64,000 bases of DNA from positions 1 through 64,000 of IMG/VR virus record IMGVR_UViG_3300021519_000916; one strand, 5' to 3'. The stretch comes from a virus. Shown in pieces: positions 1 to 9,289 of this stretch; position 1 is the stretch's first letter; each line of letters starts with the position of its first letter. Under the pieces are notes generated by a model, which did no database searches, was not told the DNA's origin, and saw only the letters and a list, made by a program, of their open reading frames with translations. The position numbers and the translations under genes were made by a program.

Positions 1-2
1 AC

Positions 3-116
3 GGCAAGCTCACAGGCGGTTGCAGTTTCTGCAAGCATGGGTTGACTGACAACCGTAGCCTGGCAGTGGGGTATGGCCCGGTTTGTGCTAAGAACTTTGG
101 CTTGGTGTGGGGTTAA
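3..116 (+). CDS. C-terminal end of a DUF6011-like Zn-binding protein (partial, runs off window start)
   Basis: Manual translation GKLTGGCSFCKHGLTDNRSLAVGYGPVCAKNFGLVWG* shows the CxxC...S...GxGPxC pattern. Confidence 0.6.
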   Translation, partial: GKLTGGCSFCKHGLTDNRSLAVGYGPVCAKNFGLVWG

Positions 117-124
117 TATTTTGG

Positions 125-153
125 TTGCCCAATAAATCCATTTGCCGTATAAT
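125..153 (+). promoter_or_regulatory. sigma70-like early promoter
   Basis: TTGCCC-N17-TATAAT upstream of GGAG RBS and ATG 185. Confidence 0.6.
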
Positions 154-184
154 ATACACATAAACTAGCGAAACGGAGAAATAA

Positions 185-454
185 ATGAAGACACCACAAG
201 TCCCGGCATTACAAGGAATGACCCCAATGGGTTTTAAAGACACCCGTCCGCAATTTGATCGCGAACGTCATGGTTCGTTGTATGACCGCGGTAGTGCAGA
301 TTCCTGGTATAGCCGTAATGCAGATCCGCATTGGTATCCGGAAGGCTCTTACAATGGTGATCCGGTGCTGGAACTGACTCCCGAAGAATGCAACGAATAT
401 CTAGCAGGCTACGAGGACAATGAAAAGTCCGGTGGAAAAAAGGATTGGCAATAA
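185..454 (+). CDS. hypothetical phage protein
   Basis: ORF with GGAG RBS, downstream of promoter. Confidence 0.7.
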   Translation: MKTPQVPALQGMTPMGFKDTRPQFDRERHGSLYDRGSADSWYSRNADPHWYPEGSYNGDPVLELTPEECNEYLAGYEDNEKSGGKKDWQ

Positions 455-783
455 TGTTGGCTATTAAAGAAATTACTGTATGGAAGGGCATTTCGCGTCA
501 GCCCAACCATACGTATTTAATGGACGGCGACAAGATAATTGCCTACAAGCAATGGCACACTGGTGAGCCTATTTACTCTAAAACACCCTTGCGAATGGAT
601 AAACGATATCGCAAGTTTGTAGAAGTAGAAGTGTCCCAATTTAAAAATATACCTCAGGTTGCAAGCAATACCAAAACTGTGCAAGGCAGTAAGGGTAACG
701 TATATACAGTGGACTTGGATGCAGGCTCGTGTTCGTGTCCGGGATTTTCATTTCGCGGTAAATGTAAACACGTTGAGGTCTAG
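445..783 (+). CDS. SWIM zinc-finger protein
   Basis: C-terminal GSKGNVYTV...CSCPGFSFRGKCKH (CxCxnCxH). Confidence 0.75.
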   Translation: MAIMLAIKEITVWKGISRQPNHTYLMDGDKIIAYKQWHTGEPIYSKTPLRMDKRYRKFVEVEVSQFKNIPQVASNTKTVQGSKGNVYTVDLDAGSCSCPGFSFRGKCKHVEV

Positions 784-784
784 C

Positions 785-1147
785 ATGAAAAATAACATAA
801 TTGATTTTGATGAAGCAGTAAGCAATTTACGTTATATGGGATTGGTGATACCACCGCATACGCAAGAATGCTTGGAAAATTATTATATACGTGGCTACGA
901 GCCAGGTGGGTTTGTTTCGGCAATGCTGGCACGTGATTACGACCGTGCTATAACTATTGCCGATCAAGCCAACCGACAGATGTTTTGGGCCATTGCAACA
1001 TGGATCAAGGAAAATTCTCCCGAAGGTAGCTATGGCGATTACGCTACTATAACTGATTGGTGTTGCGATAAAAACCAACGCAGAACATTGTTTGCTGATT
1101 CTGCTGAGGAAAAGTTTATGTGGCAAAAACTAAAGGACAAAGCATGA
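785..1147 (+). CDS. hypothetical phage protein
   Basis: ORF; likely start ATG 785 just after previous stop. Confidence 0.65.
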   Translation: MKNNIIDFDEAVSNLRYMGLVIPPHTQECLENYYIRGYEPGGFVSAMLARDYDRAITIADQANRQMFWAIATWIKENSPEGSYGDYATITDWCCDKNQRRTLFADSAEEKFMWQKLKDKA

Positions 1148-1302
1148 GGACAAGTGAATTTCGACGATGGGTCCACGAGATATGGCGCCGCAATTGTGAC
1201 GAACATGACGAAGTAAACGAAAACCGATATACGCAAAAACAGTATTTTCAAATGTACAAGTATTGGTTAAAACGAGAATTTCAATTTCAAAGGACAAAAT
1301 GA
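1144..1302 (+). CDS. hypothetical protein
   Basis: ATGA overlap with upstream gene. Confidence 0.55.
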   Translation: MRTSEFRRWVHEIWRRNCDEHDEVNENRYTQKQYFQMYKYWLKREFQFQRTK

Positions 1303-1478
1303 GCGAGCACCATAAGTGTAACGTATGCAGTTGTGATTACACCGACGACGAAGGCGGAATGGAAGGATATTTTGGTATGCTTCCTGTAACATTTTGCCCA
1401 ACTTGTTTTAGCTGTATGTGTGACATGGCCGCACAATTTTTAACCGCAGACGACTTAAAGGAAAAACAAGATGCCTAA
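1299..1478 (+). CDS. small Cys-rich putative Zn-binding protein
   Basis: CxxC...CxxC motifs; ATGA overlap. Confidence 0.55.
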   Translation: MSEHHKCNVCSCDYTDDEGGMEGYFGMLPVTFCPTCFSCMCDMAAQFLTADDLKEKQDA

Positions 1479-2109
1479 TTGGTGCCAAAATACATTAGTA
1501 CTCAAACACGAAGACCCGGTGATGATTAAGCGGGCTGAAGACTCGTTTGCCAAAGGTGCATTTCTAAACGAATTTATTCCAGTGCCCAAGAGCCTACATA
1601 TTGTAGCAGGCCGCGTGGGTGATCCTGATGAGCAGAAGAAGCTCGACGAACAGGAAGAACTCAACCGTGAAATATACGGCTATGCCAATTGGTATGACTA
1701 CTGCGTCAACGAGTGGGGAACCAAATGGGACATTGGCCATAGTGATGGCATCAATGATGTTAAAACAAATGAAATTGTATTTTATTTTGATTCTGCTTGG
1801 TCTCCTCCGACTATCGCTTACGAAAAGCTGATAGACCTAGGGTTCACTGTAGAAGCAACCTATTACGAAGGCGGAATGTCGTTTTGTGGTACGTTTGATA
1901 TGAACGGTGATCAATATTACGACCTATCGGATCTAAATGCCACGGAAGTTGCTAGTACTATACCTAGTGAGTTAGATATGTCATATGGTATTAGTGAGCA
2001 AATGGCCGAAATGGAACGCGAGGCTGAAGATGATGTTACTGCATGGTACAAAGATGGCGTAGAAGAAGTGGGACTTGAACCCCATGTGATCAAAAAAGAC
2101 AATGGTTGA
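1471..2109 (+). CDS. DUF1281/YubB-like ferredoxin-fold protein
   Basis: MPNWCxNxL start, WYDYCVNEWGTKWD and FDSAWSPP motifs. Confidence 0.75.
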   Translation: MPNWCQNTLVLKHEDPVMIKRAEDSFAKGAFLNEFIPVPKSLHIVAGRVGDPDEQKKLDEQEELNREIYGYANWYDYCVNEWGTKWDIGHSDGINDVKTNEIVFYFDSAWSPPTIAYEKLIDLGFTVEATYYEGGMSFCGTFDMNGDQYYDLSDLNATEVASTIPSELDMSYGISEQMAEMEREAEDDVTAWYKDGVEEVGLEPHVIKKDNG

Positions 2110-2142
2110 CCATTAATTTAAATGGTAACACGGAGATCGATA

Positions 2143-2397
2143 ATGAAAACTAAAGAACCTATAATCCATCAGGACTACTTTGGACATGAACTTCGGAACG
2201 GTGACTTCGTTGTATTTTACGGTTGGAAAACCTTCCAAGTCGGACAAGTGCAAAAGTGTACTCCCAAGTTGGTATTAGTAAAGGGATTTGATCGCCGTAT
2301 CTCAACAGATCCGTTCCGTAAGTATGGTCACGAATGTCTCAAAGTTGATGAGCAAGAAGTTACTATGTATCTGCTGAAGAAGACACACAAAAGATAG
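2143..2397 (+). CDS. hypothetical protein (possible SH3-like fold)
   Basis: ORF with GGAG RBS. Confidence 0.6.
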   Translation: MKTKEPIIHQDYFGHELRNGDFVVFYGWKTFQVGQVQKCTPKLVLVKGFDRRISTDPFRKYGHECLKVDEQEVTMYLLKKTHKR

Positions 2398-2426
2398 TTG
2401 ACCATTAAATCAAATGGTGCTATAAT
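2398..2426 (+). promoter_or_regulatory. sigma70-like promoter with extended -10
   Basis: TTGACC-N17-TATAAT with TG-n before the -10, upstream of ligase. Confidence 0.75.
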
Positions 2427-2457
2427 AGTTGTATTGTATAGTTAATAAGGAACACAA

Positions 2458-3759
2458 ATGAACAAGCCGTGGGAAGTGATTGCTGAGCTAGAACTGGATA
2501 ATAGTCGCTTGGTTAAAGAAGCTATCATCCGTAGGGAAAGCGAAGCTGGAAATTTAGAATTGTTCCGCGGATTTCGTGCGGCATACGATGCTATGGTTAC
2601 ATTTGGTGTTAAGAAAGTTGAAGAGAAAAAAGGTGATGGTAAGGGTATTAGTTCCGATGCCTTTTGGAAAGTGGCCGAGGAACTTAGCAATCGGACTATC
2701 ACAGGCAATGCCGCAATTACTGCCATAAACTTTTTGCGTATGAACGCAAAAGAGCAAGAATGGAACCAGTGGTATCGACGTATCCTTATCAAAGATATGC
2801 GTTGTGGTACTAGCGATAGCACCATTAACAAACATGCCGCGGAACATTTCCATGTGCCTGTTTTTGAATGCCAACTTGCACATGATGGTGCCAAACACGA
2901 AAGCAAAGTGTCTGGTAAAAAGATCATTGAAGTCAAGTTGGATGGTGTACGTGTTATCACAATTGTATACCCAAGTGGGCAAGTTGATCAGTACAGCCGT
3001 AATGGTAAAGAGCTTGTTAATTTTGAGCACGTTAAAAAGCAGATTGCTAAACATGCGATCTTTTTTAAAGTGCCAATGGTGCTTGACGGTGAAATTATGA
3101 GCGCAAACTTTCAAGATCTAATGCGCCAAGTGCATCGTAAAAGCGATGTTAAGGCCAATGATGCTGTATTGAACTTGTTTGATATGTTGCCCCTTAGTGA
3201 ATTCCAAGAGGGCAAGAGTAAACTGAATCAAAGTCAACGTAGTCAACAATTGGCATCTTGGTTTGCGCCAATTGCAGATCATATGCCCAATGTTAGTGTA
3301 TTGGGACAAGAAATTGTTGATTTGGATACTGAGGCTGGCAAGGCTCGTTTTAAAGAGATCAATACCACAGCGATTGCAGGTGGATACGAAGGCATTATGA
3401 TTAAAGACCTTGGTGCTGTATACGAGTGTAAACGTAGCACCGCATGGCTTAAACAGAAACCCTTTATTGAGGTTTCATTGACTGTAGTAGGCACCGAAGA
3501 GGGCACTGGTAAGAATGTTGGCAAGCTCGGTGCATTAATTGTAGAGGGTATAGATGATGGTAAACTTATTAGGACCAATGTCGGTTCGGGACTCACTGAC
3601 GTTGATCGGGATAGCTTCTGGAGTAGCAGGACTAGCCTTGCTGGTAAAGTTGTCGAAGTTAGGGCTGACGCGGTTACGCAAAATCAAGACGGATCGTACA
3701 GTTTGAGGTTTCCGCGTTTTAAATGTTTTCGTGGTTTTGCTATAGGAGAGAAAATTTGA
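2458..3759 (+). CDS. lig: ATP-dependent DNA ligase
   Basis: KLDGVR adenylation motif, LDGE, EGIMIK, VGSG, SLRFPRF. Confidence 0.95.
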   Translation: MNKPWEVIAELELDNSRLVKEAIIRRESEAGNLELFRGFRAAYDAMVTFGVKKVEEKKGDGKGISSDAFWKVAEELSNRTITGNAAITAINFLRMNAKEQEWNQWYRRILIKDMRCGTSDSTINKHAAEHFHVPVFECQLAHDGAKHESKVSGKKIIEVKLDGVRVITIVYPSGQVDQYSRNGKELVNFEHVKKQIAKHAIFFKVPMVLDGEIMSANFQDLMRQVHRKSDVKANDAVLNLFDMLPLSEFQEGKSKLNQSQRSQQLASWFAPIADHMPNVSVLGQEIVDLDTEAGKARFKEINTTAIAGGYEGIMIKDLGAVYECKRSTAWLKQKPFIEVSLTVVGTEEGTGKNVGKLGALIVEGIDDGKLIRTNVGSGLTDVDRDSFWSSRTSLAGKVVEVRADAVTQNQDGSYSLRFPRFKCFRGFAIGEKI

Positions 3760-4154
3760 TAGATTGTTTGATTTTAGGAGATAGTATTGCTGTAGGGACT
3801 CATCGGTTCAAACAAGAGTGTGTGGCCTATGCCACTGGTGGACTTAATAGTAAGCAATGGTTTGATCGTAATGTGGGCAAGAGCCCGTATATCGCCAAGA
3901 CTGTTATTATTAGTTTAGGAACAAACGACCATCAGTATATTAAAACCGAAAGTGAATTGCGTACACTAAGGGCATTGACTAAAGGTGATCGCATTTACTG
4001 GATATTGCCCGCTATCAAGCCAGACATCCAAAACATTGTACGCAAAGTAGCACAAGAGAATGGCGACGTAGTATTGCCCATTACAAGTTTACAAGCAGAC
4101 AAGATACATCCAAGTTGGGCCGGGTACAAACAAATTGCAAAGGAAACGCAGTGA
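3756..4154 (+). CDS. SGNH/GDSL hydrolase-like protein
   Basis: GDSIA, LGTND and DxxHP blocks; TTG start overlapping ligase stop. Confidence 0.8.
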   Translation: MIDCLILGDSIAVGTHRFKQECVAYATGGLNSKQWFDRNVGKSPYIAKTVIISLGTNDHQYIKTESELRTLRALTKGDRIYWILPAIKPDIQNIVRKVAQENGDVVLPITSLQADKIHPSWAGYKQIAKETQ

Positions 4155-4414
4155 TAGCACTAGGTATTGACATAAGTTATCCGTACAGCGATCGGTGGGC
4201 TAATGTATATGCCATTGGTGGGGCCTTAACTGAAAACAAGAGTTGGGAGTTTCAACTTATGAAAACCAACACTATTGTTCAACTGAATATTAATGTTACC
4301 TCTGCACAAGATCATGCAGGACTTAAAGTAGAAGTAGGATTCTTAGGATACACCGCAGAGTTTAACTTGCACGATAATAGACATTGGGATTACGAAAACA
4401 AACACTGGCAGTAG
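4151..4414 (+). CDS. hypothetical protein
   Basis: GTGA overlap; ORF. Confidence 0.55.
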   Translation: MIALGIDISYPYSDRWANVYAIGGALTENKSWEFQLMKTNTIVQLNINVTSAQDHAGLKVEVGFLGYTAEFNLHDNRHWDYENKHWQ

Positions 4415-4449
4415 TATACAAAGACGAAGACTAATATAAAGGAATTAAT

Positions 4450-4656
4450 ATGTCATACGATCCAAAAGCAATAAAAATTGGTAAAGCAACAAAGACAATG
4501 GCGGCTAATATTCTTGACGCCCACGAGCGCGGCGCTTTCATCCGTATGTTTGTACGTGTAGCGGAAAATGAAGCAATGGGACGTTCAAGCCGTAATCAAG
4601 CGGGTAGTAAGGGCAATAAAGGCAACATCAAAGGCACACCACCTGCGGCAGAATAA
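4450..4656 (+). CDS. hypothetical protein
   Basis: ORF with AAGGA RBS. Confidence 0.6.
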   Translation: MSYDPKAIKIGKATKTMAANILDAHERGAFIRMFVRVAENEAMGRSSRNQAGSKGNKGNIKGTPPAAE

Positions 4657-5267
4657 TGGGACAGGTATTTAGACAAGCAGAGCAGTATCTAGATCAGCTT
4701 GGGTATGATGGGGAGTTCATTGAAATAGGTACTAGTCGCAACGGCGATGATGGTAGTACCAAAACTTTGGCCGAATGGGCTACTCGGTTAGGTACTACCC
4801 TTACTACTATAGATGTGGATCCTGTAAATTGTCAGTTCGTGCAAAATTTGCACATACTGAATTGCACAATACTGAACGCCAAAGGCGAAGACTATTTGTA
4901 TACTCGTAACTATAGCCTATGCCCAATTAATTTCCTATATTTAGATAATTTTGATTGGGACTGGCATCCAGAAAAGACCGAAGACTTTATCCTGGAACAG
5001 CAGGTTAGATACCAACAATTAGGTTTGGCCATGAACAATGTTAATAGCCAACGTGCCCATTTAGCGCAAATGATTTATGCATTGCCACACATGGCTGATG
5101 TATGTTTAGTAGTATGTGATGATACATGGTTTAATAAATGGTGGGGACACTATTCGGGTAAATCGGGGGCAGTAATTCCGTTCCTGATGGACAAAGGATT
5201 CGATATACTGTACACAGAAGAACAGCCAGTGTATGGGACAATATTAGGTCGCGGAATAAAGACATAA
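4656..5267 (+). CDS. class I SAM-dependent methyltransferase-like protein
   Basis: FIEIGT motif I, TIDVD, FLYLD, VVCDD. Confidence 0.7.
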   Translation: MGQVFRQAEQYLDQLGYDGEFIEIGTSRNGDDGSTKTLAEWATRLGTTLTTIDVDPVNCQFVQNLHILNCTILNAKGEDYLYTRNYSLCPINFLYLDNFDWDWHPEKTEDFILEQQVRYQQLGLAMNNVNSQRAHLAQMIYALPHMADVCLVVCDDTWFNKWWGHYSGKSGAVIPFLMDKGFDILYTEEQPVYGTILGRGIKT

Positions 5268-5301
5268 TTAGTATAATACAATTTTACAAAGCGAGAACAC
5301 A

Positions 5302-5595
5302 ATGGAACAAACTCAAGAATCATTTTTAGGGTTACTTACTACACCGGAAGAAAGAAACAAGTGGCTCACAAATTTGCTGTGGGAACACGACTGCGAGGTT
5401 ACTTTTACCAAGGTAGATGGAAGTGTGCGAACCATGCCTTGCACCCTTAGAAAGGAAGCAATGCCAGCCCGAGAGGCAAGTACCTTACACGAAACACGAC
5501 TGTACAAGCCCGAGACTATCCGAGTCTATTGTTTGGATAAGAATGAATGGCGCAGTTTCCGTGTAATGAACGTAACTGATGTTAAAGTACTATAA
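5302..5595 (+). CDS. WYL_2/Sm-like SH3-barrel protein common in T4-like phages
   Basis: VTFTKVDGSVRTMPCTL...DKNEWRSFR. Confidence 0.75.
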   Translation: MEQTQESFLGLLTTPEERNKWLTNLLWEHDCEVTFTKVDGSVRTMPCTLRKEAMPAREASTLHETRLYKPETIRVYCLDKNEWRSFRVMNVTDVKVL

Positions 5596-5816
5596 TGGTT
5601 AACTCTAAAATAGATCCAAGCATCTTTGAACCCAAGATTGAAAAGACATCAGATTCGTCATGGTCTATTTCGTTAGAAGAAGATCCAGAAACTGGAGAAC
5701 TAGTTTTGCCACTACCCGACGAATTACTTGCCCTCCAAGGATGGGAAGTTGGCGACGAGCTAACTTGGGAATTTAACAAAGACGGAACAGCAGTAATAAC
5801 AAAAAAATCCCCTTAA
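5595..5816 (+). CDS. AbrB/MazE-like DNA-binding protein
   Basis: GELVLPLPDELLALQGWEVGDELTW swapped-hairpin pattern. Confidence 0.65.
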   Translation: MVNSKIDPSIFEPKIEKTSDSSWSISLEEDPETGELVLPLPDELLALQGWEVGDELTWEFNKDGTAVITKKSP

Positions 5817-5837
5817 TCCAATAACTTTTAGATAATA

Positions 5838-5865
5838 AAAAAGCCCACTTATGCGTGGGCTTTTT
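5838..5865. terminator. bidirectional intrinsic terminator
   Basis: AAAAAGCCCAC-ttatgc-GTGGGCTTTTT between convergent genes. Confidence 0.8.
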
Positions 5866-6035
5866 CATATGCTTGGAGAGCTAACTGTCTAGCTAACCAT
5901 AATCTAAATTTTACATAGTCTGATAATTCAATATCTTCGTGAACTATCTTACCAAACTCGCCAGATTTTCGATTACGTCCAAATGTGACTTCATCGTCTA
6001 AGATGAAGTCATCATTATCATCATCTAGACCATAC

Positions 6036-6248
6036 TTACTTAGCGGCTGGAGTAGCGGCTTTTGCGTCTGCTTTAGGTGCGTCTTTCTTAGCAGGTTCGC
6101 TTTTTGCAGGCTTTTTGTCGTCTTTCTTAACTTCAGCTTTAGCGGCTGGAGCCGTAGCAGGAGCAGCCTTGTCAGCAGCCTTAGGTGCGTCAGCGGCAAT
6201 AGCGGATAATGCAAACATGGATGCTACGATTAAAAATAATGATTTCAT
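6036..6248 (-). CDS. small secreted Ala/Lys/Pro-rich low-complexity protein
   Basis: Sec signal MKSLFLIVASMFALSAIA followed by A/K/P/D-rich mature part; AAGGA RBS. Confidence 0.75.
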   Translation of the reverse strand: MKSLFLIVASMFALSAIAADAPKAADKAAPATAPAAKAEVKKDDKKPAKSEPAKKDAPKADAKAATPAAK

Positions 6249-6351
6249 GATATTTCCTTTTAGGTTATACACAATTCTCACTGTGTAATATAATAACGCA
6301 TAGACCACGAAATCAGTTGACACAAATCCAAAATAAATGTAAAATGAATAT

Positions 6352-6771
6352 ATGTCTAAACCAAATAACTTAGAATCGGTTCTTGCTACTGCACAATGGA
6401 TTTCGGATAAAGTTCAAGGTGATATGGTATATGCACAACACCTGTATGCGGCACTATGCAATAACGATTTTCAACAGAATGATATGTGGCCCATATTAAA
6501 AAACGAAATATGGAGTTGCTCATGGCGACATGCTGGTAGTATCGTGGCTGGCCTAGAAGGCCAAGGAGATTACATGAACTGGTATTGTAGTGGTATAAAA
6601 CTAGATCCGTTGAGCCAAGATGAATTTGATGCACTATCAGAGGAAAATAAGGCCCATTACAAGAAAACAAGCTCGTATGTTAGCGAAGGTGTAGTGACCG
6701 ACGAAATAAGAGAAGACTTATTTAAACTAGGTTGGAACGTTGTGTCGGATCCCGATGATTCTACAATTTAA
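6352..6771 (+). CDS. hypothetical protein, paralog of 7233..7625
   Basis: Shared YAQxLYAALCNN...WxCSWRxA..IVA...YCSG motifs. Confidence 0.75.
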   Translation: MSKPNNLESVLATAQWISDKVQGDMVYAQHLYAALCNNDFQQNDMWPILKNEIWSCSWRHAGSIVAGLEGQGDYMNWYCSGIKLDPLSQDEFDALSEENKAHYKKTSSYVSEGVVTDEIREDLFKLGWNVVSDPDDSTI

Positions 6772-6869
6772 TGCAAACAGAATGGTTAAATTAGTCGTTG
6801 CAATTACAAAATAATTCGTGCATAATACTGAAATGCTGTAAGAACAGCGTATTAACTAAAGGAGACATA

Positions 6870-7160
6870 ATGTCTATTTCCGTAAAACTAAAGAAGTTTG
6901 ATTTGAAAACTAAGCAGGGTAAGTTGTTTCAAGCGTTGGTATTGAACCGCGAGACTTTGAGCCCAGCTCAAATTAGCAAGCGTTTTGGTATTAAGAACCC
7001 AACTGCTACTATTAGCGACATCCGTCAACGTGGTTATGCCATTTATGGTAACCAACGTGTTGCTGGTAATGGCGTTAAAGTTACTGAATATCGCCACGGT
7101 GAAGCTAGCCGTCGCATGGTTGCTATTGCTTACAAAGCAATCGCAGCTGGTTTGGTCTAA
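6870..7160 (+). CDS. winged-helix/HTH DNA-binding protein
   Basis: Basic; LSPAQISKRFGIKNPTATISDIRQRGY; strong GGAG RBS. Confidence 0.7.
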   Translation: MSISVKLKKFDLKTKQGKLFQALVLNRETLSPAQISKRFGIKNPTATISDIRQRGYAIYGNQRVAGNGVKVTEYRHGEASRRMVAIAYKAIAAGLV

Positions 7161-7205
7161 TTCTAGACCAATTTGACTTGAATTAATTCTACATTCAAGC
7201 CACCC

Positions 7206-7231
7206 AAAAAGCCCACTTTGGTGGGCTTTTT
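7206..7231. terminator. intrinsic terminator
   Basis: AAAAAGCCCAC-tttg-GTGGGCTTTTT, same stem as 5838. Confidence 0.8.
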
Positions 7232-7232
7232 C

Positions 7233-7625
7233 ATGACTCAGAATAAATATTTAATGCATCGTAGAATCTTTAATTTAGAGTTCGACATCAGAAGTACGGA
7301 TTGGCTTATTGATAAGATCCGTCACCAAGAGATTTACGCTCAAAATCTGTATGCCGCATTGTGCAACAACGAATATGTACCTAAAGATGTATGGGGCATC
7401 CTGAAAAATATACATTGGGACTGTAGCTGGCGCTATGCCGCTGGTATTGTGGCTGATATCCGTGAGCGCGAAGACTATCTAACTTTGTATTGCTCTGGGA
7501 CTAAATTTAAAGGTACAGATTTCTTTGGTTTTGTTGAAGAAAGTTATGTAACCGAAGAAGTTGAAACGGATTTTAATAACATCGGATGGTTATTGCAGAC
7601 CAGAAGATTCGTTGACTTGCCATAG
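7233..7625 (+). CDS. hypothetical protein, paralog of 6352..6771
   Basis: Shared motifs; start may instead be ATG 7254. Confidence 0.7.
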   Translation: MTQNKYLMHRRIFNLEFDIRSTDWLIDKIRHQEIYAQNLYAALCNNEYVPKDVWGILKNIHWDCSWRYAAGIVADIREREDYLTLYCSGTKFKGTDFFGFVEESYVTEEVETDFNNIGWLLQTRRFVDLP

Positions 7626-7646
7626 TAATATTTGTTATACTGTTGT

Positions 7647-7997
7647 ATGGCAATTAATACATTACCAACTAACACCAACATTCCGTTATATACCACCGCC
7701 GGCCCCATCTCTCCGTATATCTTTAATACCACCGGAGTCAACAGCATTTCAACAGGTTTCGCCGGAGATACCAAAATACATATTAATGGGAAAGATGCTG
7801 ATCTTGTAATAAACGGAAAGAGCTTTAACGAAACTATGGCCAAGATTGAAGACCGCCTCGGCATCCTTTTTCCCAATCCAGAACTTGAAAAAGAATTTGA
7901 CGAACTACGCCAAGCCGGTGAACACTATAGACAACTTGAAAAGAAATTTTTAGAGCAAAAAAAGGTATTTGATATACTAAAAAATACTGACAAATAA
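7647..7997 (+). CDS. hypothetical protein with C-terminal coiled coil
   Basis: ORF. Confidence 0.65.
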   Translation: MAINTLPTNTNIPLYTTAGPISPYIFNTTGVNSISTGFAGDTKIHINGKDADLVINGKSFNETMAKIEDRLGILFPNPELEKEFDELRQAGEHYRQLEKKFLEQKKVFDILKNTDK

Positions 7998-8015
7998 TTC
8001 ACTTACATGTTATAA

Positions 8016-8198
8016 TTGTATATGACATATCTAACAGTAAACTGTACAAACAAAGATCCAATAGAAATAGCCAATTGGTGCGACAAACAATTTGGTTCAA
8101 CTAACTGGAGTTGGCAAACACAATGGCCCAGTAAATATTGGATTTTTTATCTACCTAACACTAAAGCAGAAACTTTATTTCAACTAAGATGGCGATAA
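8016..8198 (+). CDS. small hypothetical protein (FxLxW-tail family)
   Basis: ORF ending AETLFQLRWR. Confidence 0.55.
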   Translation: MYMTYLTVNCTNKDPIEIANWCDKQFGSTNWSWQTQWPSKYWIFYLPNTKAETLFQLRWR

Positions 8199-8443
8199 CG
8201 ATCGAAGTACCATGGGAAAATCCCTACAATAAAAAGGAAGCGTGGAACGAGCTACTGGCGTGGACTGTGGAAGTATTTGGTCTCCCAGGTGACCGTGTAC
8301 AATTTCATCCAACAGAACATTGGATGCGTTTTACATTCGATGATGAAAACGATGCATTAATATTTCAGTTAAAAACAGCTGGACGTAGGATGTCGGATCA
8401 AGATCTCACTGTTGACTTAATGAGCCGGTCGTTGCGGATATAA
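8189..8443 (+). CDS. small hypothetical protein (FxLxW-tail family)
   Basis: WTVEVFG...FTFDDENDALIFQLK. Confidence 0.6.
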   Translation: MAITIEVPWENPYNKKEAWNELLAWTVEVFGLPGDRVQFHPTEHWMRFTFDDENDALIFQLKTAGRRMSDQDLTVDLMSRSLRI

Positions 8444-8688
8444 TGGCGCAGATAAAAACCGTGTTACATTCTTTTACTATGGGAGATGTTGAAGACCCAT
8501 ATTTGTATGCGGCTTTTCCTATTAGCAAATGGCAAGAAACAGAACAGGGTAAGTGGGCCAAGGAACACATAGTTGGTGAAGGAGAGTTTGTTTGTATTCC
8601 GGACCCAATGAGTTATGGATTCCGGGTTATAATAACAGGTGTATTTGAAGAAAAAGATCTAACCTATTATAAGTTGAAATGGCAATGA
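8443..8688 (+). CDS. small hypothetical protein
   Basis: MGDVEDPYLYAAFP; ends YYKLKWQ. Confidence 0.65.
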   Translation: MAQIKTVLHSFTMGDVEDPYLYAAFPISKWQETEQGKWAKEHIVGEGEFVCIPDPMSYGFRVIITGVFEEKDLTYYKLKWQ

Positions 8689-8963
8689 AGATTAGAAAAA
8701 TTGATTCAAGAAATGAACTGTTTGGTGATTTCAAATGGCAAATAAAAATGGATGTCAAATCGTTTCTAGACGTCAGGGATTGGTGTTATACTACATGGGG
8801 GCCAGCAGTAGAATATCAATGGTGGAATACCTTTGGAAAAGAAAAAGGTTGTGATAATTGGTCATTTGATACATTCCAAATTGAAAGATTTAAAATACGT
8901 ACAGCTAAAATATACCTTAAAGATGATGCCGAGTTAAGTATGTTTCATTTAAAATGGAATTAA
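8685..8963 (+). CDS. small hypothetical protein (FxLxW-tail family)
   Basis: WCYTTWGP...IYLKDDAELSMFHLKWN. Confidence 0.6.
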   Translation: MKIRKIDSRNELFGDFKWQIKMDVKSFLDVRDWCYTTWGPAVEYQWWNTFGKEKGCDNWSFDTFQIERFKIRTAKIYLKDDAELSMFHLKWN

Positions 8964-9289
8964 TAATGACCGATGATGAACTAATCGAAGAGATTAAAGG
9001 TATCCAACGTATCGTGATCAATACGGTACATGGAGGCTTTGGCCTAAGTGAGCAAGCATCACGATTGTTTGCACAACGGACTGGTATTACTTATGACCAT
9101 GCTTGGGCTGATAATCTAATTGCTCGAGATGATCCGGTACTTGTTGCCGTAGTGCGTGAATTAGGGGCAGATGCGGATACTCGTTACGCTGAACTTAAGA
9201 TAGTAGAAGTCCCGTATGGTGTAGACTGGCAGATAGAAGAATACGATGGCGTAGAATGGGTTGCGGAGAAACATAGAATATGGCGATGA
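8954..9289 (+). CDS. conserved hypothetical phage protein
   Basis: VINTVHGGFGLS...RDDPVLVAVV...EEYDGVEWV. Confidence 0.7.
   Translation: MELIMTDDELIEEIKGIQRIVINTVHGGFGLSEQASRLFAQRTGITYDHAWADNLIARDDPVLVAVVRELGADADTRYAELKIVEVPYGVDWQIEEYDGVEWVAEKHRIWR

Noticed and set aside
2442-3596. Long antisense and alternate-frame ORFs over the ligase (also over clpA, polymerase and 55496..56056)
   Set aside because: Shadow ORFs of well-supported genes, with no RBS or recognisable motifs.
5595-5816. Toxin-antitoxin pair around the AbrB/MazE-like gene
   Set aside because: No adjacent toxin ORF; the gene is followed directly by a terminator.
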